A stretch of DNA of 64,000 nucleotides from contig JAXGZF010000009.1 in assembly GCA_040771865.1 (NCBI GenBank), positions 62,001 through 126,000 on the forward strand, written 5' to 3'. The notes beneath the pieces were generated by a model. The model was not told the origin of the DNA. It saw only the letters and a list, made by a program, of their open reading frames with translations, and did no database searches. The stretch is from Desulfobacterales bacterium (GTDB lineage: Bacteria; Desulfobacterota; Desulfobacteria; Desulfobacterales; UBA2245). Positions 37,288 through 46,992 of the stretch are shown here, piece by piece. Within the stretch, counting starts at the first letter, position 1, and each line of letters opens with the position of its first letter. Both the position numbers and the translations under genes were made by a program.

Positions 37288-37650
37288 ATGATACCTGCAA
37301 ACATGTTTCTGATCGTTGCCTGCGGCTTTATGGTAGGCATCGGAGCGGCATTTTCCGGTCTGGGAGGCGGATTTATCATGGTTCCTCTGCTGCTTTTCAT
37401 GGGATACTCAGCCCAGCAGGCCGTTGGAACCTCTTTTCTGGCCATTCTGGTAATCTCGCTTTCCGCTCTGATTGCCCACAACAAGCTGGCTCATGTAGAT
37501 TACAGGGCAGGCCTGCTTCTGGGCATAGGAGGGGTCGTCGGCGCCCAGATCGGCGCGCGGCTGATCGGTCAGGTGCCCACGGAAGTCTTTAGAAAGATTC
37601 TGGCCGGCATTCTGATCGGTCTGGCCTCCTATCTGCTTTTCAAAAAATAA
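37288..37650 (+). CDS. Half-size TauE/SafE (sulfite exporter family) membrane protein
   Basis: GLGGGFIMVPLL, AVGTSF, G.VGAQIGA; 120 aa, i.e. one repeat. Confidence 0.82.
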   Translation: MIPANMFLIVACGFMVGIGAAFSGLGGGFIMVPLLLFMGYSAQQAVGTSFLAILVISLSALIAHNKLAHVDYRAGLLLGIGGVVGAQIGARLIGQVPTEVFRKILAGILIGLASYLLFKK

Positions 37651-37751
37651 TTCCCCTGCCCCGGTTTATCGGGCAAATAAAATGAGAATAACCGTCCTCG
37701 GCATCTATCAATCTCTGAAAGCGCGGCAGCGGACTCTCGAAACGTCTTCCG

Positions 37752-40700
37752 TCATTCATCCGCCCCGGTATCAGGGGAAATTTCGGTTCCCTGTTTTTCG
37801 GGTTTTTCCAAACGCGGTCGCTTTTTCCATATTCCGCCTTCAGCAAAGCATCCCCAGGCCCACCGGAACCATTTTAGCAACGAAGCGGCCAGCCACAGGG
37901 CCCAGGCCAGCATCAACATATGATAGACCAGCAGAGGCAGGGAAAAGACCCATGGTCGCGGCAGGTCGATACCGGTGCGATCCTGGGTCCAGTGCAGGTA
38001 AAAATCGCTGGACTGGTTTCCGGCGATCTGCATGTCCGGAATGCCCAGCAATCCTCTTTCAATGGCCAGATACAACCCCGACAGAGCCGCCAGGGTCCAG
38101 GCGATCAACACCAGTTGTGAAAGGTTGAACGATAACCAGTGACCGGCATGCGAGCGCCGACGGACTCCCAGAACCAGGAACCATCCGGCCACGATTACCG
38201 CCGCCGGAGGGGGAACCTGCGTCAGACCGAGCCCCAGCAGAAACCAGTGTCCGGTGTTAAGCGGGGTCCAGGAAACCCTTCCCAGCCCCAGCGCCGCCAG
38301 CGCAATGACGAAAACATAGCTCCAGAACAGGACCGCGGGCCCCATTCGGGGACCCTGGACCCATAGTATCCAGCGGTCCCGGGGCATGTAAAATGTCGTA
38401 TTCGAGTTGACGGCCGTCTGGCCTATATCTACCGCAGGTCCTTTGAACAAACAGCCGGGCGGGTCATCCTGTCGCCATTTAAGTTGAACCTTCTGCGCGC
38501 CGGGAACGATGGGAATCACCACCTCGACGCCCTTCTGTCGAATATTCTGAATCAGGCCGTTGATTTCCGCCGACAGCAGGCTCGCGTTTTCAGGAATTTG
38601 AAGTCGATGCTCTCCACCCTGGCTGGCGCGGATATCCAGAGTCAGTTCCGCTGCAGTGGAGCGCTGACCCGGCGTCAGGGCCAGATCAAGGCGATCGATG
38701 GTTTGAATGTTTCCGGAAACGGCCTTGGGCCGGGTCACCTCGATGGCCACCGATTCTCCGGCCCAGGGCTTCCACTCAGGACGCCAGTGCCCGTTCACGT
38801 CCTGGTGATGAATCACAGCGATGCCGGAAGGATCGCAATGCCATATGGGGCTTGCGTCCAGAATCCAGGTTTCGTTCCAGGACGACTGGATCGGCGCCTG
38901 AAGGAAAATTTTCGGCGATATCTCCAGATTGGAATCCCAGAAAATTTCGCGCCCCGCGGCCGGAATGGAAATCACGGCCGTGGAATCCTCCACCGGAATG
39001 CCGGGCGTGGTGACCGCTTCGGTATCCAGAAGGGGTATGGCAAGCACCGCCGGGGTTCCCTGAGGGCTTCTCCTTTCGACACGGGTATGAACCTTCCAGA
39101 CAAGGCCCAGCTTCAAAATCCGGGTGACATGGAAAAAGGGAGGAATATGGCTTTCATAAATCTCCGGGGTCGTCGCCTCCGTACGTTTTCGAATCAGCTG
39201 AATCCCGGCTCCCACACGGCCGTCCGGTTCGATTCCCTGAATTTCCCAGTCCGGCGCCTCCACCGTCACCTGATGCGGTCTCAGGGGCAAGGGAATATGA
39301 AACGCATCATAGGGCGGGGTGCGACCGGAAAGGGTCAGCACATGCACGCCTGCCCGCGTCACGGCCCACACCACTCCATCGGCATCCCTTCTCAGGGGCC
39401 GGAATTCATCGTCGATCGAAACGGATTGCGGATGCCAGGATTCCAGACCAATGGGAAGCGGGATGGCCGTATCCACGGCGGCATCCACGGACATGCGAAC
39501 CATCAGCGCATCGTCTTTTATGTGAATTCGCATCCAGGCGCAATCCGCGCAGGACGGAAAACAGTCTGGCTTTTCAAGAAGCCGGTTCTGAAGTTCCTTG
39601 AGCAGCGATTCGGAGGGGAAAGCTTCCGCACGCAGCTCCGGAACGCCGGACAACAGCAGCGCGATACAGGCAACCGCCGCGATTCCGGGCTTCACCCATC
39701 TGACCCAGGATTTCAGATCCACAAACGCGGCGATAAATACGGCCAGCAGAACAACCCGCAAAAACGCCAGAATCAGATTCACCAGCGGCGAAAGCAGATA
39801 CAGGGCGATCTTGTGGTTGCTCTGAACCGGCCCGTTCCACTTCATCGAAATCTGCCGCCAACGCCAGTCGGGCAATCCGGGGCCGGTCTGAATCAAAGCG
39901 CCGGGATCATATCCCTTGAGTTCGAGACTTTTCCTTTGCGCCTCCTGGTCCAGGGCCTGCTCGGGTGCAGACGATCTCATTTCCCTGGCAAGACGGGACG
40001 TGCCGGGCATAACGACGTCGGACGTTTCGGAAACCGCGCCCCCGCGATACGCGGAATAATCTGCCTGGGGCGAAACAGGCTCCAGCTGGGGATAGATTCC
40101 CCATCGCACCTGCTGAATCATAAAGGGTATGGCTATCACCACAAGGGCGATCAAGGCCCCGATCCGCCAGAACCGTATCAGCTGCCGAACACGGCCGTCC
40201 GGCAACAGCCCCAGCAGGGCCGTGGCGGCCAGAATATGCAGCCATACCAGGCGCGGGGCACCGGGTTCCTGGAAAATTAACGCTAAAACAATCAGGGCGA
40301 CCAGGCCCCATCGCCATCCGTTCAGTTTTAAAACAGCCAGAGCGATGATCAGAACCAGAAAAAAATCCAGCAGGGTCCAGCGCTCAAACCAGGTTCCCGG
40401 CATCACATCAACGCCCGCGGCGGTCAAAAGCCGCCAGCCGGGCGGAAGATGGAGTACGCCGTCAACCGACTGAAAATCATGATCCCAACCCACGGCCGGA
40501 AGGCTCCGCATCAGAGCCGGAAAACGGGATTCGGCGATCAGGTTCAAACGGCCGCGTCGAAGCTCCACTCCGGACTTTTCATCCGGGCCGTAAGCGGTGA
40601 TCAGCTGATCCTGACCGTCTACGCTCACCCGGCCGAGCTCGGCGGGAGCATTCATGGCCAGATACCATTGCCGGCTTAATGTACCGGTGATCCTGTCCTG

Positions 40701-41789
40701 AATGGTCAAACCACGGCCATCAAAATCCAGCCACCAGACTCGATGCAGATTCAGCTGATCCGGCACCGGGTCCGGATCCCCCCGCCGGATTTCCTGAAAT
40801 TGCATTCTGGAACCGTCTTTAACCACGTAAGTCGGAAAGTTTTTCCAGGCCTGCGGCGTTTCGGTTCGATTGGGGTCGATTGGCAAAAGCCCCAGAATCT
40901 TGACCATGCGCAGATGGTTCTGCGCTTCAAAAGCCCATATTTCCTCGCCGTAGACTGGATGAACCGGCCCGATTTCGGAAACCGGATTCCAGAAGCGTCC
41001 GACCAGCCAGATCTCCCATTGTCCGGGCCGGACCTGAAGTTTCAATTTGCCGTCCGCCGTGATTCTTGCCGGAATGGGGCTTGTCAGCCCCAGCGGCTGC
41101 ATGCCGTCCAGAAGAATTGCTTCGAGTTCCACCTCCCGTGAACTCCCCGAAACATCGATTCGAAGATGCTGGGTGACCGTCATGGGAATATCGTCTTTGA
41201 TCAGACGATGGATTCGAATCTCCATTCGGTCTTCGGAAGCCTGAACCGATGTTGATTTTTTCAGCCAGAGCCTTCCGTCCGGCTCGCGGATCGGGAATGG
41301 CTGGCTCTGACCGCTGATCGTCAGCCGGATCAGCCCGGTGTCCGAAGGAATTCGAATCATTTCAGGAATCCGGGACCACTCGAAAGCACCCTCAACCTGG
41401 TGCTTGCCGGACGACATGCGCACGTGCGGTACTCCGTTACGGTCAACCACCGCGGCAGGCAGGCCATCCAGACCGACTTTGACGGGTCTCAGGCCATCGC
41501 CGCCCGGAAGCGCCACCCAGGCGTCGGTAAAAACAGACCAGTCCTGCGTAAAGCGCCCGCCCTCGGAATCAACCTGGAGTTCCAGCTGAGAAGGCCAGGT
41601 GCATTGATATGTGTTCGGGTCGTTATAGGGGGTGGGGCATTGACGGTCCTCCATGCCGTGGAGAACCCAGGGCGCCCAGCGGGCCAGTTCGGGAGGAATG
41701 TTCTGCAAAATATCGGCGGCCGGTACCGAAGTCGTGAGCCATAAAGTCAAAGCGATCATCCACGGTACGACGACTTTTGCCTTTGTCAT
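37752..41789 (-). CDS. Large (1345 aa) multi-pass membrane protein of unknown function
   Basis: Signal peptide, GGAAGAGG RBS, large soluble beta-rich regions alternating with TM clusters; Trp/Pro-rich. Confidence 0.8.
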   Translation of the reverse strand: MTKAKVVVPWMIALTLWLTTSVPAADILQNIPPELARWAPWVLHGMEDRQCPTPYNDPNTYQCTWPSQLELQVDSEGGRFTQDWSVFTDAWVALPGGDGLRPVKVGLDGLPAAVVDRNGVPHVRMSSGKHQVEGAFEWSRIPEMIRIPSDTGLIRLTISGQSQPFPIREPDGRLWLKKSTSVQASEDRMEIRIHRLIKDDIPMTVTQHLRIDVSGSSREVELEAILLDGMQPLGLTSPIPARITADGKLKLQVRPGQWEIWLVGRFWNPVSEIGPVHPVYGEEIWAFEAQNHLRMVKILGLLPIDPNRTETPQAWKNFPTYVVKDGSRMQFQEIRRGDPDPVPDQLNLHRVWWLDFDGRGLTIQDRITGTLSRQWYLAMNAPAELGRVSVDGQDQLITAYGPDEKSGVELRRGRLNLIAESRFPALMRSLPAVGWDHDFQSVDGVLHLPPGWRLLTAAGVDVMPGTWFERWTLLDFFLVLIIALAVLKLNGWRWGLVALIVLALIFQEPGAPRLVWLHILAATALLGLLPDGRVRQLIRFWRIGALIALVVIAIPFMIQQVRWGIYPQLEPVSPQADYSAYRGGAVSETSDVVMPGTSRLAREMRSSAPEQALDQEAQRKSLELKGYDPGALIQTGPGLPDWRWRQISMKWNGPVQSNHKIALYLLSPLVNLILAFLRVVLLAVFIAAFVDLKSWVRWVKPGIAAVACIALLLSGVPELRAEAFPSESLLKELQNRLLEKPDCFPSCADCAWMRIHIKDDALMVRMSVDAAVDTAIPLPIGLESWHPQSVSIDDEFRPLRRDADGVVWAVTRAGVHVLTLSGRTPPYDAFHIPLPLRPHQVTVEAPDWEIQGIEPDGRVGAGIQLIRKRTEATTPEIYESHIPPFFHVTRILKLGLVWKVHTRVERRSPQGTPAVLAIPLLDTEAVTTPGIPVEDSTAVISIPAAGREIFWDSNLEISPKIFLQAPIQSSWNETWILDASPIWHCDPSGIAVIHHQDVNGHWRPEWKPWAGESVAIEVTRPKAVSGNIQTIDRLDLALTPGQRSTAAELTLDIRASQGGEHRLQIPENASLLSAEINGLIQNIRQKGVEVVIPIVPGAQKVQLKWRQDDPPGCLFKGPAVDIGQTAVNSNTTFYMPRDRWILWVQGPRMGPAVLFWSYVFVIALAALGLGRVSWTPLNTGHWFLLGLGLTQVPPPAAVIVAGWFLVLGVRRRSHAGHWLSFNLSQLVLIAWTLAALSGLYLAIERGLLGIPDMQIAGNQSSDFYLHWTQDRTGIDLPRPWVFSLPLLVYHMLMLAWALWLAASLLKWFRWAWGCFAEGGIWKKRPRLEKPEKQGTEISPDTGADE

Positions 41790-42075
41790 ATGCCTCCTTC
41801 CAGGAGTCCGGACAGCAAAATGGTCAAGAAAAAGCGAATCAAATTTTTTGAAATTGACTGATAATTTCAGATGACAATTTATCGCAGATACGCTAAAAGC
41901 GCAACAAATCCTCCGCGAAGGGCATTTGTCTATTGCGCTTCCGAGTTTTTGCGGCAGCTCGTCCGCACAATACCCGAGCCGGAATAAAGAGATAAAATGA
42001 TCGCGCCGCAGGTTCTAAGTGTTCGAAACCGGGCGCGACCGGATGATGAACGAAAAATTTCGGAGCTTTCAAACC

Positions 42076-42450
42076 ATGCATGTGAATCCCTGTCTATCCT
42101 GCGGTGCATGCTGTGCGCACTATCGCGTCTCCTTTTACTGGGCTGAAACCGATGCCGCATTCGACAACGGCGTCCCCTCGAATATGACCCACAAGGTCAA
42201 CGACTTCCTGGTGGCCATGAAAGGCACCCAGACATTCCCCTGCCGGTGCATCGCGCTTCAGGGCGTCATCGGAACAAACGTTTTTTGTTCAATTTACGAC
42301 AGGCGGGCTTCGGTATGCCGGGAGTTTGAGCCTTCCTGGGGAAACGGAATCCATAATCTTCGATGCGATGAGGCCCGTATGGCCATAGGGCTTGCGCCCC
42401 TGAAACCGGAATCCTGGATGGATCCAAACAACTTTCCCAAAGCGGCTTAA
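42076..42450 (+). CDS. YkgJ/FliB-family cysteine-cluster protein
   Basis: NPCLSCGACC..YRVSFYWAE, RCIAL.G, CSIYDRR.SVCREF, RCDEAR...GL.PL. Confidence 0.9.
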   Translation: MHVNPCLSCGACCAHYRVSFYWAETDAAFDNGVPSNMTHKVNDFLVAMKGTQTFPCRCIALQGVIGTNVFCSIYDRRASVCREFEPSWGNGIHNLRCDEARMAIGLAPLKPESWMDPNNFPKAA

Positions 42451-42466
42451 TCGGAATTGCAAGATC

Positions 42467-42504
42467 TCAAGCGCATGTGAGCTCTGGCGGAAGCCGCGCA
42501 ACGC
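42467..42504 (-). repeat. Degenerate internal fragment of the MITE
   Basis: 33/38 identical by manual alignment to 56672-56709 (inside copy 3); no TIRs. Confidence 0.7.
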
Positions 42505-42530
42505 GACATCCACGGGTGAAGTAAAATGCG

Positions 42531-43955
42531 TCAGGTTGTGGGCTCCATGCTCCGGGTCCAGATGGGAGACAGGGCGTAAAGAACCATGTAGGTCAGGGCG
42601 ACATACCCGAAATACGGCGTAAACATCGATATCACCAGCAACAGCAGGTTCAGGCGGCCAAACCATGGACGTCGGTCCACAAACTGCCCCATATGCAGAT
42701 AGTGCAATGCATAGGCATTCATCAGAACCGCGGCCAGCAGCATGATTCCGGCTGAAAAGATTCCCCAGAAATGGAGCCATTCTCCGCTGCTTCTCGCCTG
42801 GTGCAGCATGATCAGGGGAGCGGCGACCAGAAGAGCGGCCGCAGGCGTGGGCATTCCCTTGAAAAAACCCGGAATCGGACTGCGATCCAGCGTGAAAAAA
42901 ACCAGCCTGCAAACGCCCATCAGCGCATAAAGCACGGCGATGCCTTTTGCCGGAAAACGCGCCAGAAACGGATCGCTGACGTCAGCAAACACCAGAAAAA
43001 AAATCCAGGCGGGCACAATGCAAAAGCTGATGGCATCGGAAATGTCATCCAGAATGCCCCCCAGTGTGATTCCGGTCGTTAAACCGGTTTCTACAAGACC
43101 GAGTTTTCTGGCCAGCGCCCCGTCGAGCTTGTCAAAAATGGCCGCCCCGAGAAGAAACAGATAAGCCTCCCGAATACGGCCCTGATAGGCGAAAAACACG
43201 GCCAGCAGGCCCATCATCGCATTCATCACCGTCAGGGAATTGGGAAATACCGCAAGAATTTTTCGCCGCAACCGGTCATCCTCCATGCAGACTTCATCCA
43301 GGCAGAGAGTGCCGTATTTGCGGCAATAACCCGCAATGGATCCGAAATTGATCGTGAGAAACACAATCTCAATAAAGAAAAGATCCCGCAGAGAAATTCC
43401 GTTCACAAGGGAAAGCCAGCCATACAAAAACAAATCGGATTGAGAAGGCACGTTGAAAGCAACGGCATAAAGCAGAACCCCCACCGGCGCAGCCACAACG
43501 GTTCGAATGCGGGTCAGATCACTGGATTCCAGATCCAGATCCCTTCGGAGGGCAAATCCCCGCATGAAGTGGGCAAAGTTGTCCCGAATCAGCACCGTAA
43601 CGCAGAGAATCAGAACAAATAAGGCGTGAAGGAGCTGCCCCCCGGTCGGCGCCGGCGTAAAAACCTGCAAACGCCACATCATGCCGACCGCGACAAGGGG
43701 GAAAACAATCGAATATACCACCTTGTCCATAACCCGGTCGGCCAGATGCGCCAGCAGGGGATTGGGCTGAAACCTGGCAGAAAACCAGCCGTCGATCAGG
43801 TCAAAACTCATGGATATGACGAGAAAAATCACACCGGCCAAATAAAATGCAGGATTACTGAACCACATCACCCCTATGGCGCAGATCATGGCGCCGAAAA
43901 CCAGCGGAGGTCGACCGTAAACCAGCAAGGCCGTAAATTTTTTGGGTATATCCAT
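42531..43955 (-). CDS. Two-domain CDP-alcohol phosphatidyltransferase (PgsA-like + PssA-like)
   Basis: Motif 1: DLIDGWFSAR...ADRVMD. Motif 2: DKLDGALAR...GGILDDISD, with PssA-like PNSLT and FKGMPTPAAA. Confidence 0.85.
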   Translation of the reverse strand: MDIPKKFTALLVYGRPPLVFGAMICAIGVMWFSNPAFYLAGVIFLVISMSFDLIDGWFSARFQPNPLLAHLADRVMDKVVYSIVFPLVAVGMMWRLQVFTPAPTGGQLLHALFVLILCVTVLIRDNFAHFMRGFALRRDLDLESSDLTRIRTVVAAPVGVLLYAVAFNVPSQSDLFLYGWLSLVNGISLRDLFFIEIVFLTINFGSIAGYCRKYGTLCLDEVCMEDDRLRRKILAVFPNSLTVMNAMMGLLAVFFAYQGRIREAYLFLLGAAIFDKLDGALARKLGLVETGLTTGITLGGILDDISDAISFCIVPAWIFFLVFADVSDPFLARFPAKGIAVLYALMGVCRLVFFTLDRSPIPGFFKGMPTPAAALLVAAPLIMLHQARSSGEWLHFWGIFSAGIMLLAAVLMNAYALHYLHMGQFVDRRPWFGRLNLLLLVISMFTPYFGYVALTYMVLYALSPIWTRSMEPTT

Positions 43956-44000
43956 AATCTCGCTTTGCAGACCTTTAAATTCAAATACACAAATGCCATG

Positions 44001-44029
44001 ATCATAAAGAAACTACCCTCCCCTGTCAA
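44001..44029 (-). promoter_or_regulatory. Sigma70-type promoter of the CDP-alcohol phosphotransferase gene
   Basis: Minus strand TTGACA (44029-44024), 17-nt spacer, TATGAT (44006-44001). Confidence 0.7.
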
Positions 44030-44178
44030 GACGGGTACAAAACCCGTAATTCTTGCTGATGTTCGATGGCTGAGATGATCAAAATGCCCTTCAAGGTTGC
44101 TTCTAGATAGCAACAGATTGAAATGTATGGTAGAAAAGCAGATGCGATCGTCGGCTTTTTCCAAAGGAGGTCCAGCAC

Positions 44179-44988
44179 ATGAAGATGCGGTGTGTAACGA
44201 TTCTGGTTTTAACTTGCGCGGCTGTTCTCCTGTCTGCCTGCGTGTCCTCAACAAAATACAGGGAACTGGAGAACGCCCTTGCCGACACTTCTCAGCAGGC
44301 CGAACAGCGTTACAATGATCAGTCCGTGAAACTGGATGAGGCACGGCGAGTCAGCGCCGGCTGTCTCGCAGAACTGGCTGCCCTGAAAAACGAGTACCGA
44401 AGAATGCTTGCGGCAAAGCAGAATATGGAGCAGCGCATCGGATCACTTTCCGATGAGAACGCGTTCCTGAAATTCGAGAAGGAACAGAAAAGCGCCGCCA
44501 TGCATCTTCAGGAAGAGGTCATCAGCCAGATGGATGACACCCGAGCCAAAATCGAATCGGATCTCGAGGATCAGATCGCATCCCGGGAGATTCGAATCGA
44601 AGAACTCAGCGGAAAACTCAAGATAACTTTTGTGGACAAGATTCTGTTTGATTCGGGAAGCCATCACATCAAACCCCTCGGCCGGCAAATCCTTTTGAAA
44701 CTGTCGGAATCCATCCGCACGGATCCGAATGATATTATTGTGGAGGGGCATACGGATAATGTCGGAATCGGAGGCGTATTGAAAGAACGCTTTCCGACCA
44801 ACTGGGAACTTTCAACGGCCAGGGCGAGCGCGGTCGTCCGGTTTTTTCAGGAAAAAGGCGGAATCGATCCGAAACGGCTTTCCGCCCGCGGCTATGGATC
44901 CTATCGCCCGGCGGCATCCAACGAGACGGAGACCGGTCGCAGAGAAAATCGAAGAATTGAAATCATTCTCGCGCCAAGGCAGCAATAA
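44179..44988 (+). CDS. OmpA/MotB-family peptidoglycan-binding lipoprotein
   Basis: Lipobox LLSAC, coiled coil, ILFDSGS, VEGHTD, TNWELSTARA, NRRIEI; AAGGAGG RBS. Confidence 0.9.
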   Translation: MKMRCVTILVLTCAAVLLSACVSSTKYRELENALADTSQQAEQRYNDQSVKLDEARRVSAGCLAELAALKNEYRRMLAAKQNMEQRIGSLSDENAFLKFEKEQKSAAMHLQEEVISQMDDTRAKIESDLEDQIASREIRIEELSGKLKITFVDKILFDSGSHHIKPLGRQILLKLSESIRTDPNDIIVEGHTDNVGIGGVLKERFPTNWELSTARASAVVRFFQEKGGIDPKRLSARGYGSYRPAASNETETGRRENRRIEIILAPRQQ

Positions 44989-45112
44989 GGTTGATGCGAT
45001 CAAAATTCAAAACATGATTCCGCATTCCGCCGACCCGATCTTCACGGTTTTAATTGAACCGGCGGATAAATTTTTATAAACTTGCGGAAAAAAACAATAC
45101 CGAGGAACCACC

Positions 45113-46954
45113 GTGCCCCCAAAAAAAGAAGAAACCACACGTCCGCGCCGTCCGGCTCCATCGCCGGCCTTGAAAACCAAATCCGTTCCGCTGTATCAGA
45201 CCGATCTCGATCCGGCTACCGATGCCTGGGTGACGGCCTTTTTTATTGAAAATCATCTGGATTATTACAGCTATCCGGATCAGGTGGCCAGTCCCGAGCA
45301 GATACGGTTCATGGTCTGCACCGAACCGGAAGACCGTTATTACCCCTGTACGGATCAGGTGTTCGAGGCGATTATTTTCCGGAACAACTCGGCGCTGCTT
45401 CAGGAGGCCTATCAGAAAATATACCAGCGCATGCTGCACCTGATCGACGAGCAGATCGAAGAGGAACGGGAAAAACAATACCTCAAGGCTCTGGTCAGCA
45501 TCAAATACCGTCATGAAACCCGGGACGAATTCATGATTCCTTCCCGCCTGGAAAAACGACTGCTCAAAATCTTCATCAACCGCACCCAGATCGAGGATCC
45601 CTGCCTTTTTACGAAAATTTGCAGAAACCAGAAGGTTTATGCAGCGCTGAATTCCAAGGCTTATCAGGCCGCGGTCAACAGCCTGGACTCCGGAGAGTTT
45701 ACCACGCTTCCAAAGACGCTCACCGAGGTCAAAAGCATTCTGGAGCAGCTCGAACTCAAGCGCCTGCTCACGTTGTGCGTGGAAAACCGTCTATGGGAAA
45801 GCGAAGATGACGTATCTTTCAAGGAGGCCGATTACCGGACCGTCTTTGCCCGGCCGATCGCCGGAAACGGCTGGTTGCCGCTGCTCGATTTTCTGGGGCT
45901 TGGCAGCGACTTTCGAATCAAAGGAAAGACCCTGCCCCGAAAAATCCTCTGGCTGGCCGATCAGGCCGGTGAATTCATGGTGGATATCGCAATCATCCAT
46001 CATCTGGCCAAACTCGGTCACAAGATCGTGATTGCTTTCAAGGAGGCCCCGATTTTCACGACCGTCGATTTCTACGATGTTCAGGAAGACGTCGCACTCA
46101 GAAACCAGCTCGGAAACGCCCTGTGGATCAAGGACCGTCGTCTGAGCAAAAATGAGCTGATCCGGATCCTTCGAAGCGAGGAGAACATCATCATCGTCTC
46201 CGATGGAAGCCGGGAGATTCTGAATCTGGCGTTGTGCTCCACGGCCTTTGCCAGGATCTTCAAGGAGGTCGACGGCGTTATCTCCAGAGGGATCGATCAG
46301 CGGCGGCATTTTTTTGAAACCCGATTCCAGTTCACACAGGATATTTTCAACATATCGGTCGGACCGGACCATTCAGTGGATGTCCGCTTCAAGCCCCGCC
46401 ATCCCTCGGTGATCAAATTTTCCCATGAGGAGCTTGAAAAAAAAGCATCGGCAATCATCGCCCGAATGGAAGAAGCCAGAAACAAAGGCATGACCGTGAT
46501 GTTCTACAGCGGGATCATCGGATCAATTCCGGGCAAGCTCAAGGTTGCCCAGCAGGTGATGAACATATTCATCGGCCATCTCAAGGAACAAAGCGCCAAA
46601 ACCTTTATCATCAACCCCTCGGAATATTTTGAACCCGGCATGGACGCCGACGATCTGATGTACATGTGGGAGATCGTGCAGCGCAGCGGCCTGATCGACA
46701 TCTGGCGTTTTCAGTCCTACGACGACATTTTCAAGGCGTTTCAGCTCATGGGCAAAAAAGTGCCCCCCGAATGGGTCGGAAAAGACGCCACCTACAGCAC
46801 CGGATGCACCAAGGAAATGAAGATCGCCCTGGATGTTCAGCATGACAACCCGGAGATGCAGATCATCGGACCGTCCAGGGAGAAATTCATGCGCCGCGGG
46901 GAATACGGCATCGGAAAGCTCTACGACCAGCGCCTGCAGAAGTATCAGCCGTAA
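45113..46954 (+). CDS. ARMT1/DUF89-like domain protein with an extra C-terminal domain
   Basis: ILWLADQAGEFMVD...IAFKEAPIF..VD...D, SDG, VISRG resemble the DUF89 DN.GE..D, VK.P..ND and IS.KG motifs, but diverged; GAGGA RBS. Confidence 0.6.
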   Translation: MPPKKEETTRPRRPAPSPALKTKSVPLYQTDLDPATDAWVTAFFIENHLDYYSYPDQVASPEQIRFMVCTEPEDRYYPCTDQVFEAIIFRNNSALLQEAYQKIYQRMLHLIDEQIEEEREKQYLKALVSIKYRHETRDEFMIPSRLEKRLLKIFINRTQIEDPCLFTKICRNQKVYAALNSKAYQAAVNSLDSGEFTTLPKTLTEVKSILEQLELKRLLTLCVENRLWESEDDVSFKEADYRTVFARPIAGNGWLPLLDFLGLGSDFRIKGKTLPRKILWLADQAGEFMVDIAIIHHLAKLGHKIVIAFKEAPIFTTVDFYDVQEDVALRNQLGNALWIKDRRLSKNELIRILRSEENIIIVSDGSREILNLALCSTAFARIFKEVDGVISRGIDQRRHFFETRFQFTQDIFNISVGPDHSVDVRFKPRHPSVIKFSHEELEKKASAIIARMEEARNKGMTVMFYSGIIGSIPGKLKVAQQVMNIFIGHLKEQSAKTFIINPSEYFEPGMDADDLMYMWEIVQRSGLIDIWRFQSYDDIFKAFQLMGKKVPPEWVGKDATYSTGCTKEMKIALDVQHDNPEMQIIGPSREKFMRRGEYGIGKLYDQRLQKYQP

Positions 46955-46992
46955 CGGTATCGAAAAAGTCCGATTGCGTTGTTGACCGGCAT

